64,000 bases of DNA, from assembly GCF_000143415.4 (NCBI RefSeq), contig NW_003314261.1, positions 2,305,266 through 2,369,265 of the forward strand, given 5' to 3'. Every line of letters begins with the position of its first letter. The stretch's first letter is position 1. The notes below the pieces were generated by a model. It did not search any database and was not told the origin of the DNA. It was given only the letters and a program-made list of their open reading frames with translations. Shown in pieces: positions 10,592 to 23,000 of the stretch. A program made the position numbers and the translations under genes. This DNA comes from Selaginella moellendorffii. Lineage: Eukaryota; Plantae; Lycopodiophyta.

Positions 10592-13500
10592 ATGGCCTTC
10601 AGGGTTGGGGAAAAAGTTTACATTTTGAATGGTGGGAAGAGAGTTGCAAAAGGGACCCTTGTGTCTATGGATCGGAACTTTGTTATACACTGTGAAAGGC
10701 TTGGGGAAGGCAATGCTGCTGTATCAGTAGAGACTGTCTTCGATGGGAATGTGGTCGCTATTGAACAAGGACAGATGGTCATCGGGGTAAATGTTGTTGT
10801 CGCCTTGAAAAATCTTTAGAAGAAAGCAGATGTTGGGGACAGCGCAAGTGCGACGCATGTTCCCTCCGTGGATCTTAAGAACCGTGCTACATGGATTCAG
10901 GCAAAGGTGTTTCTAAACAACCCCGAGGGGGAGGTGGTAGCTGAGGGCTTAGCCACAGTTGTCGATCCAAGAGATGCGGTTGCTAATCAAGAATTGGGCT
11001 GGGATGATATTGGAGTTGCGATTTTAGAGGTTGTTGACACAGAAGAAAACAGTCTGACTATTGGAAGCATTGTGCGGTGGACATTGAGGCATTTAGTGTT
11101 TGAGAATGTGAAGGATTCACAATCAAACACCACTACAACTGATGACAGAACATCTCTTCATGGGAAAAGAAAGTACACCTTCCTAAAGCGCAGCCAAAGG
11201 GATCTGAGCAACGAACCGACAAGGCAGAAAATGGCGATGGAGGTTCGAATGGTCTCGACAGTTGCTTGTTGCAAGAGGAGGTGCTGTCAACATGCTGATT
11301 GGGATGCTATTGAAGAGGAGAGAGCAAGATACAAGACATTGTCCTGGAAGGCAGCTTGCAATTTTGTGTATGAGGCATTACGGTCATCTGTTGATGCTTC
11401 AGAACATCAGGTGGGGGGCATGGTCTTCCAGAGGGGTTTGGTCTGCATGAAGGCATGGAGAATCATTTATGGAGTCCCTCGAACCACATTCTACAGAATC
11501 AAAACTGAGTTCGAGGAACAAAGGGTACAACAGGCAGTCCATGGGAACGACGGTACGCACAAAACCAGGGGTCATGTTGTATATGGAGAGGCAATCTTCA
11601 AGAGGTTTGTCGAGACATGTAGCGAGCAGCAACCACATAAAACCCGCCTCTTGGAAGATGGAACACGAGACACCCAACGAGTTCTCCTTTCCATGTATAC
11701 CAAGGGGGCCATATTGGAAGATGTGAATCGGGAACTCTAGAGTAATGGCTACAGGAAGCTGAGCCAATCTAGATTTAGTAGATTGTGGAGCAACAGGTTC
11801 AGGGATGTGAGTATAGGAAAGTACTCCAGCTTTTCAAAGTGTGACGAGTGCACTGCTATCAAAATGGCTTTGTCGAAGAATTCTTGCAGCGCTCAAGAGT
11901 GAGAGACGTTGGTTAGAAGGCGGCTCGACCACAACATCGAGCAGAGAAGCTGCAAGACTGCATATTATCATAACAGGATTCTCTTCATGGAGAGACCTGA
12001 CTCTTACCTCTGCATCATCCACGACAAAATGGACCAGAAAAAGACGTGCTTACCTCGACTCAATCCTGCCCCCAAGGCAATCTCTTCATCCATGCAGCTG
12101 CCTGTGTCTCTGTTTGGCATAATCGCTCATGGGCATGGTGCCCAGAACTATGGGAACTTCTTTGTACCTCTATGGGGTGGCGGGGGTGCAAACATGATGA
12201 TTGCGTCCTTAGCAAAACACTTAAGGTCTCTGCAAAGTGCGCAGACTGAGCTGAACGGCCAACCCTTGCATAAGGCCCTTGTCGGTCGAACCCCATACAG
12301 GGTTCAGCTGGAGGAGGAGCAAAGGCTTGCAGTATCGCGTGGGGCCCCATGCCATCCCAGTGAATATGTTGGCCGTCAGATTGTAGGGTTATCACGTGAG
12401 GCCTCATGCCATTCTAACGAGGCTGGTCGCCCGGTGAATGCACAGCCTCATCCAAACGAAGTAGAATCTCAAGGAAGTTCTTGCGGCCGATGTGGCCTTC
12501 CACCCCATCTTCTGCTCCAAACAGACAATACTGGCAGTGAGAACAAAAATATGTACGTCTTCGCGTACTTGGCGATGCTTGTTGCCAAAGGCATATTTGA
12601 AACGGTTACACTTGGCTTTCTCATGGTTGGGCACACTCATGAAGACGTCGATGCCATGTTCAGTCACCTGGCAAAGTCCCTCCGGCGATCCAATGTCCTC
12701 ACCCTCCCACAACTCTACGATGAATTCCAAAATTGCATCAAAGGCACTGTTGAAGCTGCACTTGTGACAGAGGTTCCAGACTTTAAGGGGTTTGTAAAAT
12801 GCTACATCAGGGACGGATCCGAAACGCTGATTGGCCACTCCAAGCCTCTTCAGTTTCATTTCAGCATGCGTGACGGTGCTCCAGTGATGAGGTACAAGAT
12901 GAGAGAATGGGACACAGTGTGGCTGCCAGTGGATGGCATTGAACTCTTCAAGAGAGATCCCATAACTGGGGAACCTATGATTCCTCAGGGTTCCCCACGG
13001 CCGATGCACCCGGATGGACTCAAAGACCAGGAAAGTATAGTGGCCGGGATTAGACAGCATATTGCCTTCTGGAAGAGGGGGTTGGTGTTTGGTGGGGAAT
13101 CCTATTTTAAGAGGTGCAAGCCTTTGCTCGAATACTGGGAGAAGATTATATCTGCTATCCAAAATGGGCTGGTTGTATATGAAGAATTGGAAGAGTCTTT
13201 TTGGCCAGAACCCAGAGCACCAGATAGTAGCGGAACAATGTCCTTTGGAAATGCAGTGACAGATAACGATGTTGAGGATCACTATTGTGGGCCGAGGAAC
13301 AAGAAGCTGGATTCAGCATTCAATCCAGTACAGCTCTGCAAAGGAATGGTCGTGCTTGTCAGACCCAGTAATAAAAAACAAATGATATGGGTGGGGCGCT
13401 GCATCACTGATGCAGAGGAGGATGCGGAAACTAACTCCTTCAATGTAACTGTGGAGTGGTTCAAGCCAAGTTCCGGATATACAAAGGATTGCCTAAAAAA

Positions 13501-13660
13501 GAAATGGGTGCTGAATCCAAGGGATCCCAGCATGAGCATATTGGTGGATAATGTTGTGCATGGTTGGATGCGGAAGCAGAGTGCCACCATCACCTTGCCA
13601 GACCATGCAAGAGATGCAGCAAGAGCATTCATAACTCGGGTTCAAGGTGAGATTCATTAA
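10592..13660 (+). pseudogene. Sola-like DDD transposase (1022 codons; stops at 10817, 11738, 11900)
   Basis: ORFs 10592-10819, 10868-11740 and 11909-13660 share one frame. Motifs CCKRRCC, FSKCDEC, IIHDKMDQ, LQTDNTGSENKN, FLMVGHTHEDVDAMF. Same 3069-bp span as copy 2. Confidence 0.85.
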
Positions 13661-14325
13661 TATTCCTTTACTAAGTTTATAATGTATTTTATTTCAAGGT
13701 GAACAATTCGAATCTGAATCAGAGGAGGCGTGATGGCATGTGGCCCTTTGCACTAGTATATCTTAATACCGGTCTGAGAAATAGAATGGCATGTGCCCTC
13801 AGGCCTTTTACTAAATCACTTTTGAAAGAAATGCAAGCCTCTATGTCGTAAAAAAAAGGTACTAGAGAAATTCCTTAATAATATGAATGTTATTTAGTTT
13901 CATGAAAATACACTAAGGGTCAAATGAGTTAAATGACTTCTCCAGACTAGCAATGCCTCTTGCTACACCTTCACAATTAGATTCGTTAGAAAAAGATAAC
14001 ATTGAATAATATCTAAATGTTCTCACCATTAAGTTATATGTCTGGCTAATAGGAATGACGTTCATCTTGGAAAGCTCACCACACGCTCAATGAACAAACA
14101 AATAGTGTGTGCGCGCATGCCATCGCTCTTCTTTAGCTTCAGATTCGGCTTGTTCACCTTGACAATGAGATTTATTATACAACTAGATGGACTCAGTCTG
14201 GACACAAAGTCACCGCGCTAGTCACCATGCCCCAGATATGTCTAGCCCCTGGACAAAAAACATATAATTTCACATCATTTTCAAATACTTGAAAATTTGT
14301 ACATAGTCCCATTTTACTGAATAAA

Positions 14326-14349
14326 TCCCACTTTAACGAAATAGAGCTT
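14326..14349 (-). repeat. Right TIR, copy 1
   Basis: TCCCACTTTAACGAAATAGAGCTT, identical to 36302-36325. Confidence 0.95.
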
Positions 14350-17300
14350 AAGCTCAAAAAATCCAGGTTAAGCACCAGCTGGAAAGGATAGAGGCTGACA
14401 AGATGGAAGCCTTCCTAAAAGCAGGACACATCAGATGGCACACAAGTGAGCTCGCACTGAACAGGGAGTTCTATCGCTCCATAAGATCTAAAGTAGTCTC
14501 CCCACCGATGTTCAGATTGAAGGACGAACAAGGGCAATTGCACACAGAGATCGACGACATGCACAATATGGCAGAACACTACTACTCCCAACTGTTCAAG
14601 GAGGAACCATGGGATGAGGTCAGACAAGAGAAACTTGAGTGAGTGCTGGAGCATATCCCGACCAAGTACACCCCAGCAATGAACACCAGAGTAACGAGAC
14701 CTTTCACGCTGCGAGAATTAAAGGATGCCCTGGATGACCTCAAGGACGACAAGATGCCAGGGGAGGACGGTATGCCACCAGCCTTCTACAAACAAAACTG
14801 GGAATGGATCGGACCAGAAGTTCTCAGAATGTGGCAGGAAACCATGCGAGCTGGGAAGTGGCCGGAAGGAGCTACGGATGGGATTATTGCGCTGATACCA
14901 AAAAAAGGAGACATGTCCCACCTCAAGAACTGGAGGCCCATCTCCATGTTGAACACCTTGTACAAGATCGTAGCAAAAGCCTTGGCATCAGGCCTCAAGC
15001 CTCTGCTCCCAGAAACGATCAAGGAGACACAGAACGGTTTCGTGGATGGCAGGCAAATTGTGGACAATCTCCTAACAGTCCTGCTGGCGCAAGAACACAC
15101 CAAAGACATGGTAGAGCAGATCACAATCATTCTCCTGGACTTTGAAAAAGCTTACAACCGGGTGGATCGGAAAGTTCTCCAAGCCATAATGATCAAGCAA
15201 GGAGTCCCTCTGCAGTTCGTGGAATGGACAGCATCCCTGTACCACTCGGCATCGAGCACGGTTACAATCAATGGAACCATGGGACAGTCCTTCAAACTTG
15301 AAAGATCGGTCCGCCAAGGATGCCCCCTCGCGCCATACCTATTCCTGTTTGTGGCAGATGCTCTGGCCTACTACCTCGCCCGAACAGAGGGCCCGAAAGG
15401 TATGCCCCTTCCAGGCTGCGGCTCCGCGCTTCAGGACATGATCGAAGCCTCAAAGGAGGACATCCTATCCTCAGCCTTTGCAGACGACACAAGCCTGATT
15501 GTGGAGGGATCACCGGAGAACCTCTCAAACGTTAAAAGGGACCTGGACTTCTTCAACGAGGCCATGGGATCAAAAATAAACTAGCACAAATCGGTAGGAT
15601 TATAGCTCCCCCCTGGCAGACCTCCAAAATAGGGCACAGAGCTGGGTTTCAAATGGCTGGACACGGAGGAGACCACCCGCTACCTTGGCTTCCAAGTCGG
15701 ACACCAGTATGATCCAGAACCTCAGAACCAAAAAGCAGTTACAAAAATAAGGGATCAACTCAAGTTCTGGGTGAGCAGAAAACTATCATTCTCCGCACGC
15801 TGTGTGGTGGCTAACAGCATCCTGCTTGGAGTGATCTGGTTCCTGGCAGCATGCTGGAACATGGACAGGCGAACGATCCAGGAAATGAACCAACTCATTT
15901 GAACCTATGTTTGCAAAGGCTCCTCCTAAGTGTCGCGTGGTGGAGCAAAGGTCAACTGGCGGTCAGTAACACTTCCGAAGCACGAAGGGGGCCTCAATAT
16001 TATTGACATCGAAGAACAATGCAAGGCTCTCCTCTTCAAGATTTTCACAAGGATGCTCATGCTAGGCAACCAACCATGGAGAATACTGCTGCGAGCACAA
16101 CTTTTGAAAGCCCTCCCGGACAAGAATGAGCACACTAGACAAAACTGGGTGACAGACGAACAATGGCTCTTCTCAGACACCAAACTCAAAATGACAAAAG
16201 CCCACACGTTCTTAGGAAAGTTGTTCAAGCTCTGGAGGCAATTCAAGTGCAAGCTAGAACGTAAACCACCTCATACCAAAGAACAACTGGACCGGCAGCC
16301 AATTTTCCTGAGCAAACTCTTTGCTGTCAAAGGTAAAATGCTCAGAGCTTCAGAGGATCGCGGCCTGGACCAGACATGCAGAGACCTGCACAGAGCAGGG
16401 ATGAGAACCTTCACAGAGGCAGACACCATGATCCAGCCCAACCAGACGACCAAAAACCGCGACCGAATCAGTGCTTTCTATGGACTAACCATCTCGGAAC
16501 ACAGGATGCGCAAATTCCAGACAGCCTTTTTAGCAGCCAAACATGCATGCCTTGAACGACTGAACTTGCAAGAAGATCAATACCATTGATGGTGGAAGGT
16601 GGACGAGTCGATCATATGCGCCCTCCCCAGCATGACATCGGGACTAATCTTCGAGGCAGGACAGGCTGGACGCCTGTACCCCATCGTCACCCCCGGGTAC
16701 GAGGACCTCCCTGATATGAGCAGAGCTAAACTGATCAGAGTGATTCAAATGGAGAAAAAAATGGCCAACGTTGATCCATTGATCCCAGAAAACCAATATG
16801 CTCACCTCTACTGGTTCTGCCAACAAACCCTGGATGAACTCAAGTGGGATCCCGCAGAGTGGCAATGGAGAGTAACCACATGCAAGGACTTCTTCTAGTA
16901 CGAGACCAAGCTGGGCCGGAAACTGATCAGGGTGCCGACTTGATCCTCCCTCATCCAGAAAGCAAAGGCCCAACAGATCCACTCCAGGAACCACTCACAC
17001 TGCATCAACAAGATCTGGAAGGGGCGCTGGTCAGCCAAGAACCGCTACTTCATGTGGTTGGCCCAACAGGAACATCTTCCCTCTTTGGCGGCCATACATC
17101 TTCCAAACACAGCCTGCAAGACATGTGGCGCCACTGAAACACAGCAACACATCTTATGGGAATGTCCGGCAGCACAAGAAGTATAGGAAGGAGCAGCAGC
17201 GGTACTCAAACGAACATCAACCGAAGGAGCGGCAATCACATATGAATCAGCGCTCTGAGGTAGTTTCATCCAGGGAAAAACAAAGAATCCTGATGCTTGG

Positions 17301-17640
17301 AAGTGGAGACACAACGAGGCCCCACACTTTGATCAACTCAACCAAACCCAGACACACACTAAGCATCTCCACCAGGAGCTCTTCGATGCGCTTCAAGGAT
17401 GCACACTAGCAGAGATATGGAAGGCTTGCTGCACCAGGCTGTTCGAAGACACGGACCCCTCGGCTCGAGCAACTATCTCAAAGGTCTGGTCCAGATTGAT
17501 CGTCTCACTCGCGGCCTGCTTGGACACGCTGATCAAACGAGGTGTGGAAGGGAAGATAGCGAAGGAGAAGGAGCTGTGGCCATTTTTTAGAGGAAGAAGC
17601 TAGGCTGGAGAAGAAGAATGGATGTGGAAGCCACCATTAT
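14350..17640 (+). pseudogene. LINE ORF2, RT and zinc-knuckle part
   Basis: ORFs 14403-14642, 14643-15584 (RT core), 15930-16589 (LPKHEGGLNI), 16599-16898; several stops. End coordinate approximate. Confidence 0.9.
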
Positions 17641-17866
17641 GGATTTGGCAGCACATGTTCAGGAACAACAGTATGTGTACCTCTCTGAGTCGACAGAGTT
17701 CCACACCAGGAACTTCAAGAGTTTGGAGATCAGACATCACGGGCTTGAGTACCAATTCTACTTTGTCCCCCTTGTCCCACCCCCCCTAAAAACTTGAAGA
17801 GCTCTTTCCCGGTTTCGAGCATGTCGAAATCGGACTCTATGGTTTATAGAGGATAAATTAAAAAAA

Positions 17867-17982
17867 CCCCATTGACAATAGGCAGGAACCTTGGCAAGGG
17901 AACTTAGCTAAAGCCAAAGCGGTGTTAGTTGGATAGACGAGGTAAGCTGGCAAATTGGAAAGGAAAAATTTTGTAGTTTACA
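17867..17982 (+). repeat. 3' part of 5' LTR of element A
   Basis: Clearly similar to 46893-46999 and followed by an iMet-type PBS. Confidence 0.85.
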
Positions 17983-18041
17983 ATTTGGTATTGGAGCTTT
18001 TTCCTCAGTTCTAGCGAAGGATAGAGGCAAATTGCTAAGAG

Positions 18042-20042
18042 ATGGCAAAGGCAAAGCTTAAATGAACCAAGGCGGAGACAAAATCTCCTCCAAAGCTGGA
18101 GCCTCTGGTCGAACAAGAACTTATGCATGAGGAATCCTTGCACGAGGAGGACTCCAGTGGGGAAACTTCAAAATAGGAGTCCGATGGTGAGGTTCAGTCG
18201 TCCAAGGCTTGATTGAGTGTTCTAAAAAGACAATTAATAGAGACCAATGCCCTACTGGAGATTCTCGTACGCAAGCTAAAGTGTGACGAGAAGCGGAAGA
18301 AAAAGCAAAAGACTACAGATGCTGGTAGCGCAGTGGACCCTTCAGCAGGGACTAAGGTGGAACCAAACAAGGTTAAACAGACTAAAGTGGAATCAGTCCC
18401 TCAAGCAGTTCCCAAGTACAAACCAGTCTTTAAGGGAGTGACTGACTATAACGTGGTGGAGGATTGATTTTACAATATAGAGGATTACTTCTAAGTGTTG
18501 CAGTTATCGAGCTCGGAGAAGGTCCCATGTGCAAAACCATACTTGGCAGACAATGCTAAATCTTGGTGGAGAACAGCAGAGGCCAACGAAGGACCGGTGG
18601 CCACATGGGAAATGATGAAGGCGAGGATCTGCGCGACTTACGTTCCTCCAAATGCTACTTTGCTCCTAAGGGATGAGTTGAGTAGGCTGAAGCAGACCGG
18701 AACCATTCAAGAGTATGTGAATGGGTTTATGGCAAAGAAGATACTTGTCATGGATATGGGTGACATGGATGTGTTCTATGCCTTCATATTAAGCTTGCAA
18801 ACCTGGGCTCGAGGCGAGGTGATGCGTTGGAACCCAACCAACTATAAGGAAGTGTTGGATGCAGCCATCAAGGTGCATTTCAATAATAACCTGCGAAAGG
18901 GGAACACGACGGGGTCGGGGTCCACATTTAAGAAAGGGGCCAAACCAAGGGGGACATATGGCAAAGGGAAATTCAAGAAGAGTTTCTCTAAGAATGAGTC
19001 CTCGGGGTTTTAGAAAGGCAAATCCAGTGGCTAACGAGCAAGTACGTGGGGTAGTCAAGCGAAAAAAGACAAACCCATAGATAAGAAGATTAAGTCTGTT
19101 AATAGTATGGGAAATAACGTATGCTTCAACTGTTTTGAAGTGGGACACTTTTCGAAGGAATGTCCATATCCGAAAAAGGCTAAAGCCAATATGGCCATTA
19201 AGTTAGATGAAATTTAAACTGAGATACGTAATCTAGTCCCTAGCCCAAAGTTACTCATTACACGAGCAACTTTGGTAGAGAGTTATTCGCAACATCTACT
19301 AACCCTCCAAGGGAAGCTCGGAGGTAACTTTGTTAAGACCCTTATTAATATGAGTGCTTCAGATAATTTTGTGGTTGTAGACATAGTCTGGCAAGCTGGA
19401 CTAATGGTGCAGTGGTTGGGCAAACTAAGGATTATAGAGTTTATTCAAGGTAGTCAAAGCATCAATAAGGTACTTCGACAAACAAGAGTCGAAGTAGGGA
19501 CATGGAAAGTAGACATGGATTTCACCGTGTTGGACATGGCGGAATTTGACATAATCTTCAGGATGGATTAATTCAATCGGTTTGTAGTAGCCCTGCATGG
19601 ACATAGTAAGAACCTTGTGGTACTGGCAAATGCTCGAGGAGAACGATCTAGGGTGGAGGATTAAGATCTAAAGGTAGGGCAATGTAAGGCCAAAGACTCC
19701 TGCTTGAATCTGGTGTCCACGAGAAGACAACTCACTAAAAGAACCAAGGCAACATTGTTGTGTTTACTCTCGATGAAGAGTGATAAAAAGACAAGAACAA
19801 AAGAAGTGCCTTTGGTGATCCAATGGGTGTTGGACCAATTCTAAGATACCATGCTGGAGGAGATACCAACAAGGTTACCCCCTAAACAACCAATAAAGCA
19901 TAAGATCGAGCTAGTCGAGGGTGCTAAGACAGTGGTTTGTCCCCTCTATCAGTTGAATGAAAAAGAATTTGAAGAGCTCAAACACCAACTTGAGGAGTTT
20001 GTGGAAAAAGGGTATGTTAGGATGAGCAAATCATCATATAGT
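18042..20042 (+). pseudogene. Element A gag, protease and RT start
   Basis: AKSWW..TWEMMK..LKQTGTIQEYV gag core, CCHC knuckle ~19122-19166, degenerate protease 19272-19571, KHKIELVEG RT start. Confidence 0.85.
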
Positions 20043-23000
20043 TGTTAGGTGCCAACTTTGACTATGTGGTCAATGTCAGTCAAAGGGATATTAAGGCATG
20101 TTAGGGTAAGGGACTTAACCTACCCTAGGGGCTCACAGTGGAGTGGCGGCGTAATGGAGCTTTTGAGGTAGCTCGGGGGTGGTTGGGTGGTGAGGAACCT
20201 CAAGAGGTGGTGTAGCATAGTCTAGGGCAACTAGATCTCTGTCTTTTTGCGCCAGATCATAACATTGGTATCAAAGGAGTTAGTTGCGATGGCTGACCAA
20301 GCTGAATGCTGGAATCCTATTGTCGATGGTGGTGCTGACGATGGTGCCGACGAAGCTACGGAGATTTGGACCATTCAAGATGTGGTTCATGAACTGCGAG
20401 CCCTTAATCGAAATTAGCAAGAGATGCAAGATGAGATGCATGGCATGATGGATACCATGCGTGGGCATGTTGAGGCACTCGAGGCTGGACAAGGTAGCAC
20501 TTTAAGTAAGCCTTCTTTGGTAGATCGACTCAAGATTCCAACTTTTTCTAGTGATGGTGGTGTGGACAAGTGTCTCGCTTGGCTAGCCAATGTGAAGAAG
20601 TTCTTGGCTGCTAGAGGAACTCCAGATGCAGAGGCTTTAGTGGCTATTTTGATGGTTTTGCATGATGCGGGTCTTCAATGGTGGAATTGGCTTGAGGAGT
20701 CCCGTGTTGCGGATAAGAAACCACCAGTGTCTACCATGGATGAGTTTGAGGCTGCTTTCCATTTACGTTTTGCCCCTCATTACGACATGGAGAATACAGA
20801 ACTTTGACATTTCCAGCAAGGGAAAATGACGCTCAAGGACTATATTGAGAAGCTTACTCACTTGATTAGTCGTGTTCCAACGAAGGATCCAGATCAGAAC
20901 AAGTCCTATTTCATTGATGGCCTACATAGTGAGAGCATGCGGCAACACTTGCGTCATTCTTAGCCTACAAAGAGTTTGGAGGAGCTCTTTGATGCAGCTC
21001 GTTGACTTGACAATGACAAGCACAAGTTTCGCAAGCGTTCACGGAGTCCTTCTGTCGAGAATCGTCGTGATGATCGCTATGGACACAAGGATGGGAATAA
21101 GTATCACAAGTTGAAGTCGGTGGTGACTACTTCAGATGCAAAGGGGTCCAAGAAACAGAAGTTCTTTGTGAAGAATTATAGACAGGGTTGTCATCATTGC
21201 TGCGAACTTTGACACTACAAAGCTGATTGGCGTGAGGATGAGGAGAACAACCATTCCGGTCGGAGGAAGCGACTTTTGATCATTGCTCATCAACTCAACT
21301 GTGTGTGGAACAAGATGGAGCTCGAGGATATGCGTGAATCAGCTTTAATGCTGGAGGGCGTGTTCCATGGCGATCCAATACAGATTTTAATGGATAGTGG
21401 GAGCGATGACAATTTTGTTTCAACAAAGTTTGTTGTGGAGAATGGCTTGGTCACGTGCGGAGTTCTTCCATACACAGTGGAGGGTGTAGCTACCTCTACT
21501 CAGCATTTCAATGCTTGTGTGGAAGTGTTGGTTGGCAAAACCACTTATGGAGACTTTTTATCTTGCGGATATCCATCGTGTGGATCTCATTTTTGGGATG
21601 CCATGGTTGGTGAAGGTGGATCCCGAGATAAAGTGGAGTATTAAACGTATCTCGCTGGAGTATGGTGGCATTAAAGATGTGTGGTTTGGTGAGGGCGTTC
21701 AACCACCAGTTATTATGCTCTCTACTACATCTTTGAAGTGGACTTGTCGTAATGGAAAAGCACTTTCGAGTTACTTGTTGTTTATTCATGACTTGGGGGA
21801 TCTAGGCACATGTGGGGGAGAAGCAGCAGTACGGGATGTACTTGACAAGTTTTCTGATATTTTTCCATCTAAACTTTCTCATGGATTGCCTCCGTTACGA
21901 GGTGTGGAGCATGGGATTACATTGGAGCTAGGGACGCGGCCAATTTACCGACGTCCATTTTAGTTAAGTTATGCAGAGGAGCAAGAAGTTCAATGACAAG
22001 TCAAGGAGTTACTTGTGTTTGGATTTATTCAGCCAAGTAAGTTTCTGTTTGGTGCTCCGATCTTGCTTGTGAAGAAGAAGGACGGTTCAATGCGGATGTG
22101 TATTGACTACCGCACTTTAAACAAGAAGACAGTGAAGGACAATATGCCAATGCCACGTGTGGATGATATCTTAAACAAGCTTGGTGAAGCACGAGTGTTT
22201 ACCAAGATTGATCGGAGGAGTGGATATAATTAGATTGCAATGGATGATGCATCTATCTCCAAGACGGCATTCAACACAAGCTTCAGACATTTTGAGTTTA
22301 CAATTATGCCGTTTGGTTTGACAAATGCACTGGCCACATTTACTTGGTTGATGACGAAGGTATTTAGACGTTATCTTCATGAGTTTATGGAGATTTTCTT
22401 GAACGATATTCTTGTTTTTAGCAAGAATATGGAGGAGCATAGGGTGCATTTGAGCAAGGTTCTTTTGTTACTCCGAGACAGCAAACTTTGAATATCTTGG
22501 CCATATTGTGACATATAAGGGTGTCAAGACGGATCCAAGGAAGGTGGCTGTGGTGGAAAACTAGCCTACACCAACTATAGTGGCCGAGTTGCACAGTTTT
22601 CTTGGTATAGCTAGTTACTACCAATGTTTCCAGCATAAGTTTGCAGAGGTGGCTATTCCTTTGACGCGGTTGTTACGCAAGAATGTGTCATTTGAGTGGA
22701 AGCAGCCACAAGAGGAGAGTTTTGTGGCGCTAAAACGATTGTTGAGCGAGACTCCAGTGCTTTGCATTGCTGATCCATCAAAACCTTACGAAGTGACATG
22801 TGATGTGAGTGGTTATGCACTAGGAGGAGTTCTCATGCTAGAGGGACAGCCTATTGCATATGAGAGTCGAACTTTGAATTCCGCAGAGCAACGCTATTTC
22901 ACATATGAGCAAGAGTTACTCTCTATTGTTCATGCTTTGCGGACGTGGCGGCACTATCTTTATGGTGCAATGTTCGTGGTGTTAACAGATCATAAACCCC

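Larger units (their letters stand above)
2623..14349 (+). mobile_element. Large TIR DNA transposon, Sola-like, copy 1 (11.7 kb)
   Basis: Left end AAGCTCTATTTTGTTAAAGTGGGA and right end TCCCACTTTAACGAAATAGAGCTT (24-bp TIR, 1 mismatch). 4-bp TSD AAGC at 2619-2622 and 14350-14353. Contains a DDD transposase gene and a divergent cargo gene. Confidence 0.95.
1..17866 (+). mobile_element. L1/Tx1-like non-LTR retrotransposon (LINE), 5' end upstream of window, split by a DNA transposon at 2623-14349
   Basis: ORF1-like region, then APE endonuclease (SWNVGG, GDFN, RLDHFY, FSDHHPI), RT (NWRPISMLN, LDFEKAYNRV, VRQGCPLAPYLF, FADDT), C-terminal CKTC..HILWEC zinc knuckle (~17114-17167) and a short A-run at 17860-17866. 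Removing the insertion rejoins ORF2 (with a 1-bp frameshift in an A-run). Confidence 0.92.

Noticed and set aside
12404-13282. 292-aa antisense ORF (and 33440-34198, 6719-7327, 27465-28073)
   Set aside because: Shadow ORFs opposite real coding sequence, with no recognisable motifs.
3009-14123. Palindromic repeats as a CRISPR-like array
   Set aside because: Spacing is irregular (tens to thousands of bp), there are no uniform spacers or cas genes, and the context is eukaryotic.
2623-14349. Classification as CACTA, Mutator, hAT or Helitron
   Set aside because: Termini are AAGCT rather than CACTA, the TSD is 4 bp (not 3, 8 or 9), and no Rep/helicase is present.
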